Shown one piece after another: positions 31,733 through 32,000 of a DNA stretch of 32,000 nt (positions are counted from its first letter, which is position 1; every line of letters begins with the position of its first letter). The position numbers and the translations under genes were made by a program. Source of the DNA: Candidatus Hadarchaeales archaeon. GTDB lineage: Archaea > Hadarchaeota > Hadarchaeia > Hadarchaeales > Hadarchaeaceae. The stretch covers positions 120,001-152,000 of the forward strand of contig JAWBCC010000002.1 of NCBI GenBank assembly GCA_038823825.1, in the 5' to 3' direction. The notes beneath the pieces were generated by a model. The model was given only the letters and a program-made list of their open reading frames with translations, was not told where the DNA came from and searched no databases.

Positions 31733-32000
31733 ATGGGGGATGAGCGCTTGAAGGTGTGGATGATAGCGGGGACATTGCTTGCCCTGCTTATTATCCTTCC
31801 AGCATTGGCAATATTCTTTGCTAGTGGCTGGGTGAAGCTCGCTGGGCAGATCGTCCTCTCGATAATCTTCGGTTTGATTGCAGCAGTCTTCCTTCTCTTT
31901 TCATACATCTGTATCAGGGCGCAGGCAAAAAAATGGGGCATGAGTCTACTTTTGGCTGCTATTGTTTTAGCATTTCTAATTTATGCCATCTGGATGGGTG
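31733..32000 (+). CDS. Partial CDS (3' end outside window): hypothetical integral membrane protein
   Basis: Not in the ORF track because it has no stop in the window. The ATG at 31733 opens a frame that stays open to base 32000 and encodes MGDERLKVWMIAGTLLALLIILPALAIFFASGW...AAIVLAFLIYAIWMG, with three clear TM helices. Preferred over the antisense track ORF 31711-31941. Confidence 0.55.
   Translation, partial: MGDERLKVWMIAGTLLALLIILPALAIFFASGWVKLAGQIVLSIIFGLIAAVFLLFSYICIRAQAKKWGMSLLLAAIVLAFLIYAIWMG

Noticed and set aside
31711-31941. Minus-strand 76-aa ORF from the track at the window end.
   Set aside because: The opposite (plus) strand carries an open frame from ATG 31733 to the window edge, encoding a clean three-TM membrane protein. 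The minus ORF is probably its shadow.
1-32000. Looked for mobile elements, integrated elements at tRNAs, CRISPR arrays, tandem repeats and defence genes.
   Set aside because: I saw no integrase, transposase or Cas-like ORFs, no repeat-spacer periodicity, and no duplicated tRNA 3'-half (att-like) sequences. There was no obvious compositional island apart from the short AT-rich spacer at 27900-27982. The window looks like core chromosome.

Overview
This is a dense (~90% coding) archaeal chromosomal segment. The proteins look euryarchaeal and thermophile-like (rich in E/K/I/R), but I cannot confirm taxonomy without a database search. I call 38 protein-coding genes (two run off the window edges) and three intron-less tRNAs: Arg-GCG, Gln-UUG and Pro-UGG. 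All three tRNAs have a genomically encoded CCA end.

The content is overwhelmingly housekeeping:
- Transcription: Rpo7/RpoE', Spt4.
- Translation: PheS, PheT, L10e, NAC, Pth2, a DRG GTPase, a PUA-domain protein, a Trm5/Taw2 methyltransferase.
- Ether-lipid and isoprenoid genes: CarS, a geranylgeranyl reductase family protein, UppS.
- Central and polyamine metabolism: PpdK, agmatinase, MTA phosphorylase, ThiL, a purine phosphoribosyltransferase.
- Ion and metal homeostasis: TrkA, MscS, a DtxR-family repressor with a ZIP transporter, an ArsC-like reductase.

I found no CRISPR array, transposase, integrase, long repeat, tRNA-fragment direct repeat or recognisable defence island. I cannot honestly point to one clear novel system. 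The observations most worth a second look are:
1. tRNA-Gln has no intergenic DNA on either side. The upstream MFS ORF reads through the whole tRNA, and its stop overlaps the carS start in an ATGA.
2. A Hef/FANCM-type helicase lacks the ERCC4 nuclease, and a TFS-N-like zinc-ribbon protein with a K-rich and acidic tail lies just downstream.
3. An RCK_N-like domain is fused to a DHH/DHHA1 phosphoesterase.
4. An ADP-ribosylglycohydrolase carries a C-terminal zinc ribbon and basic tail, and is translationally coupled to a GPN-loop GTPase.
5. The DRG GTPase has ExxA in place of the G3 DxxG motif.
6. A palindromic operator candidate overlaps the promoter of the DtxR-ZIP operon.

All functional calls rest on motif and family recognition by eye. 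No searches or structure predictions were run.
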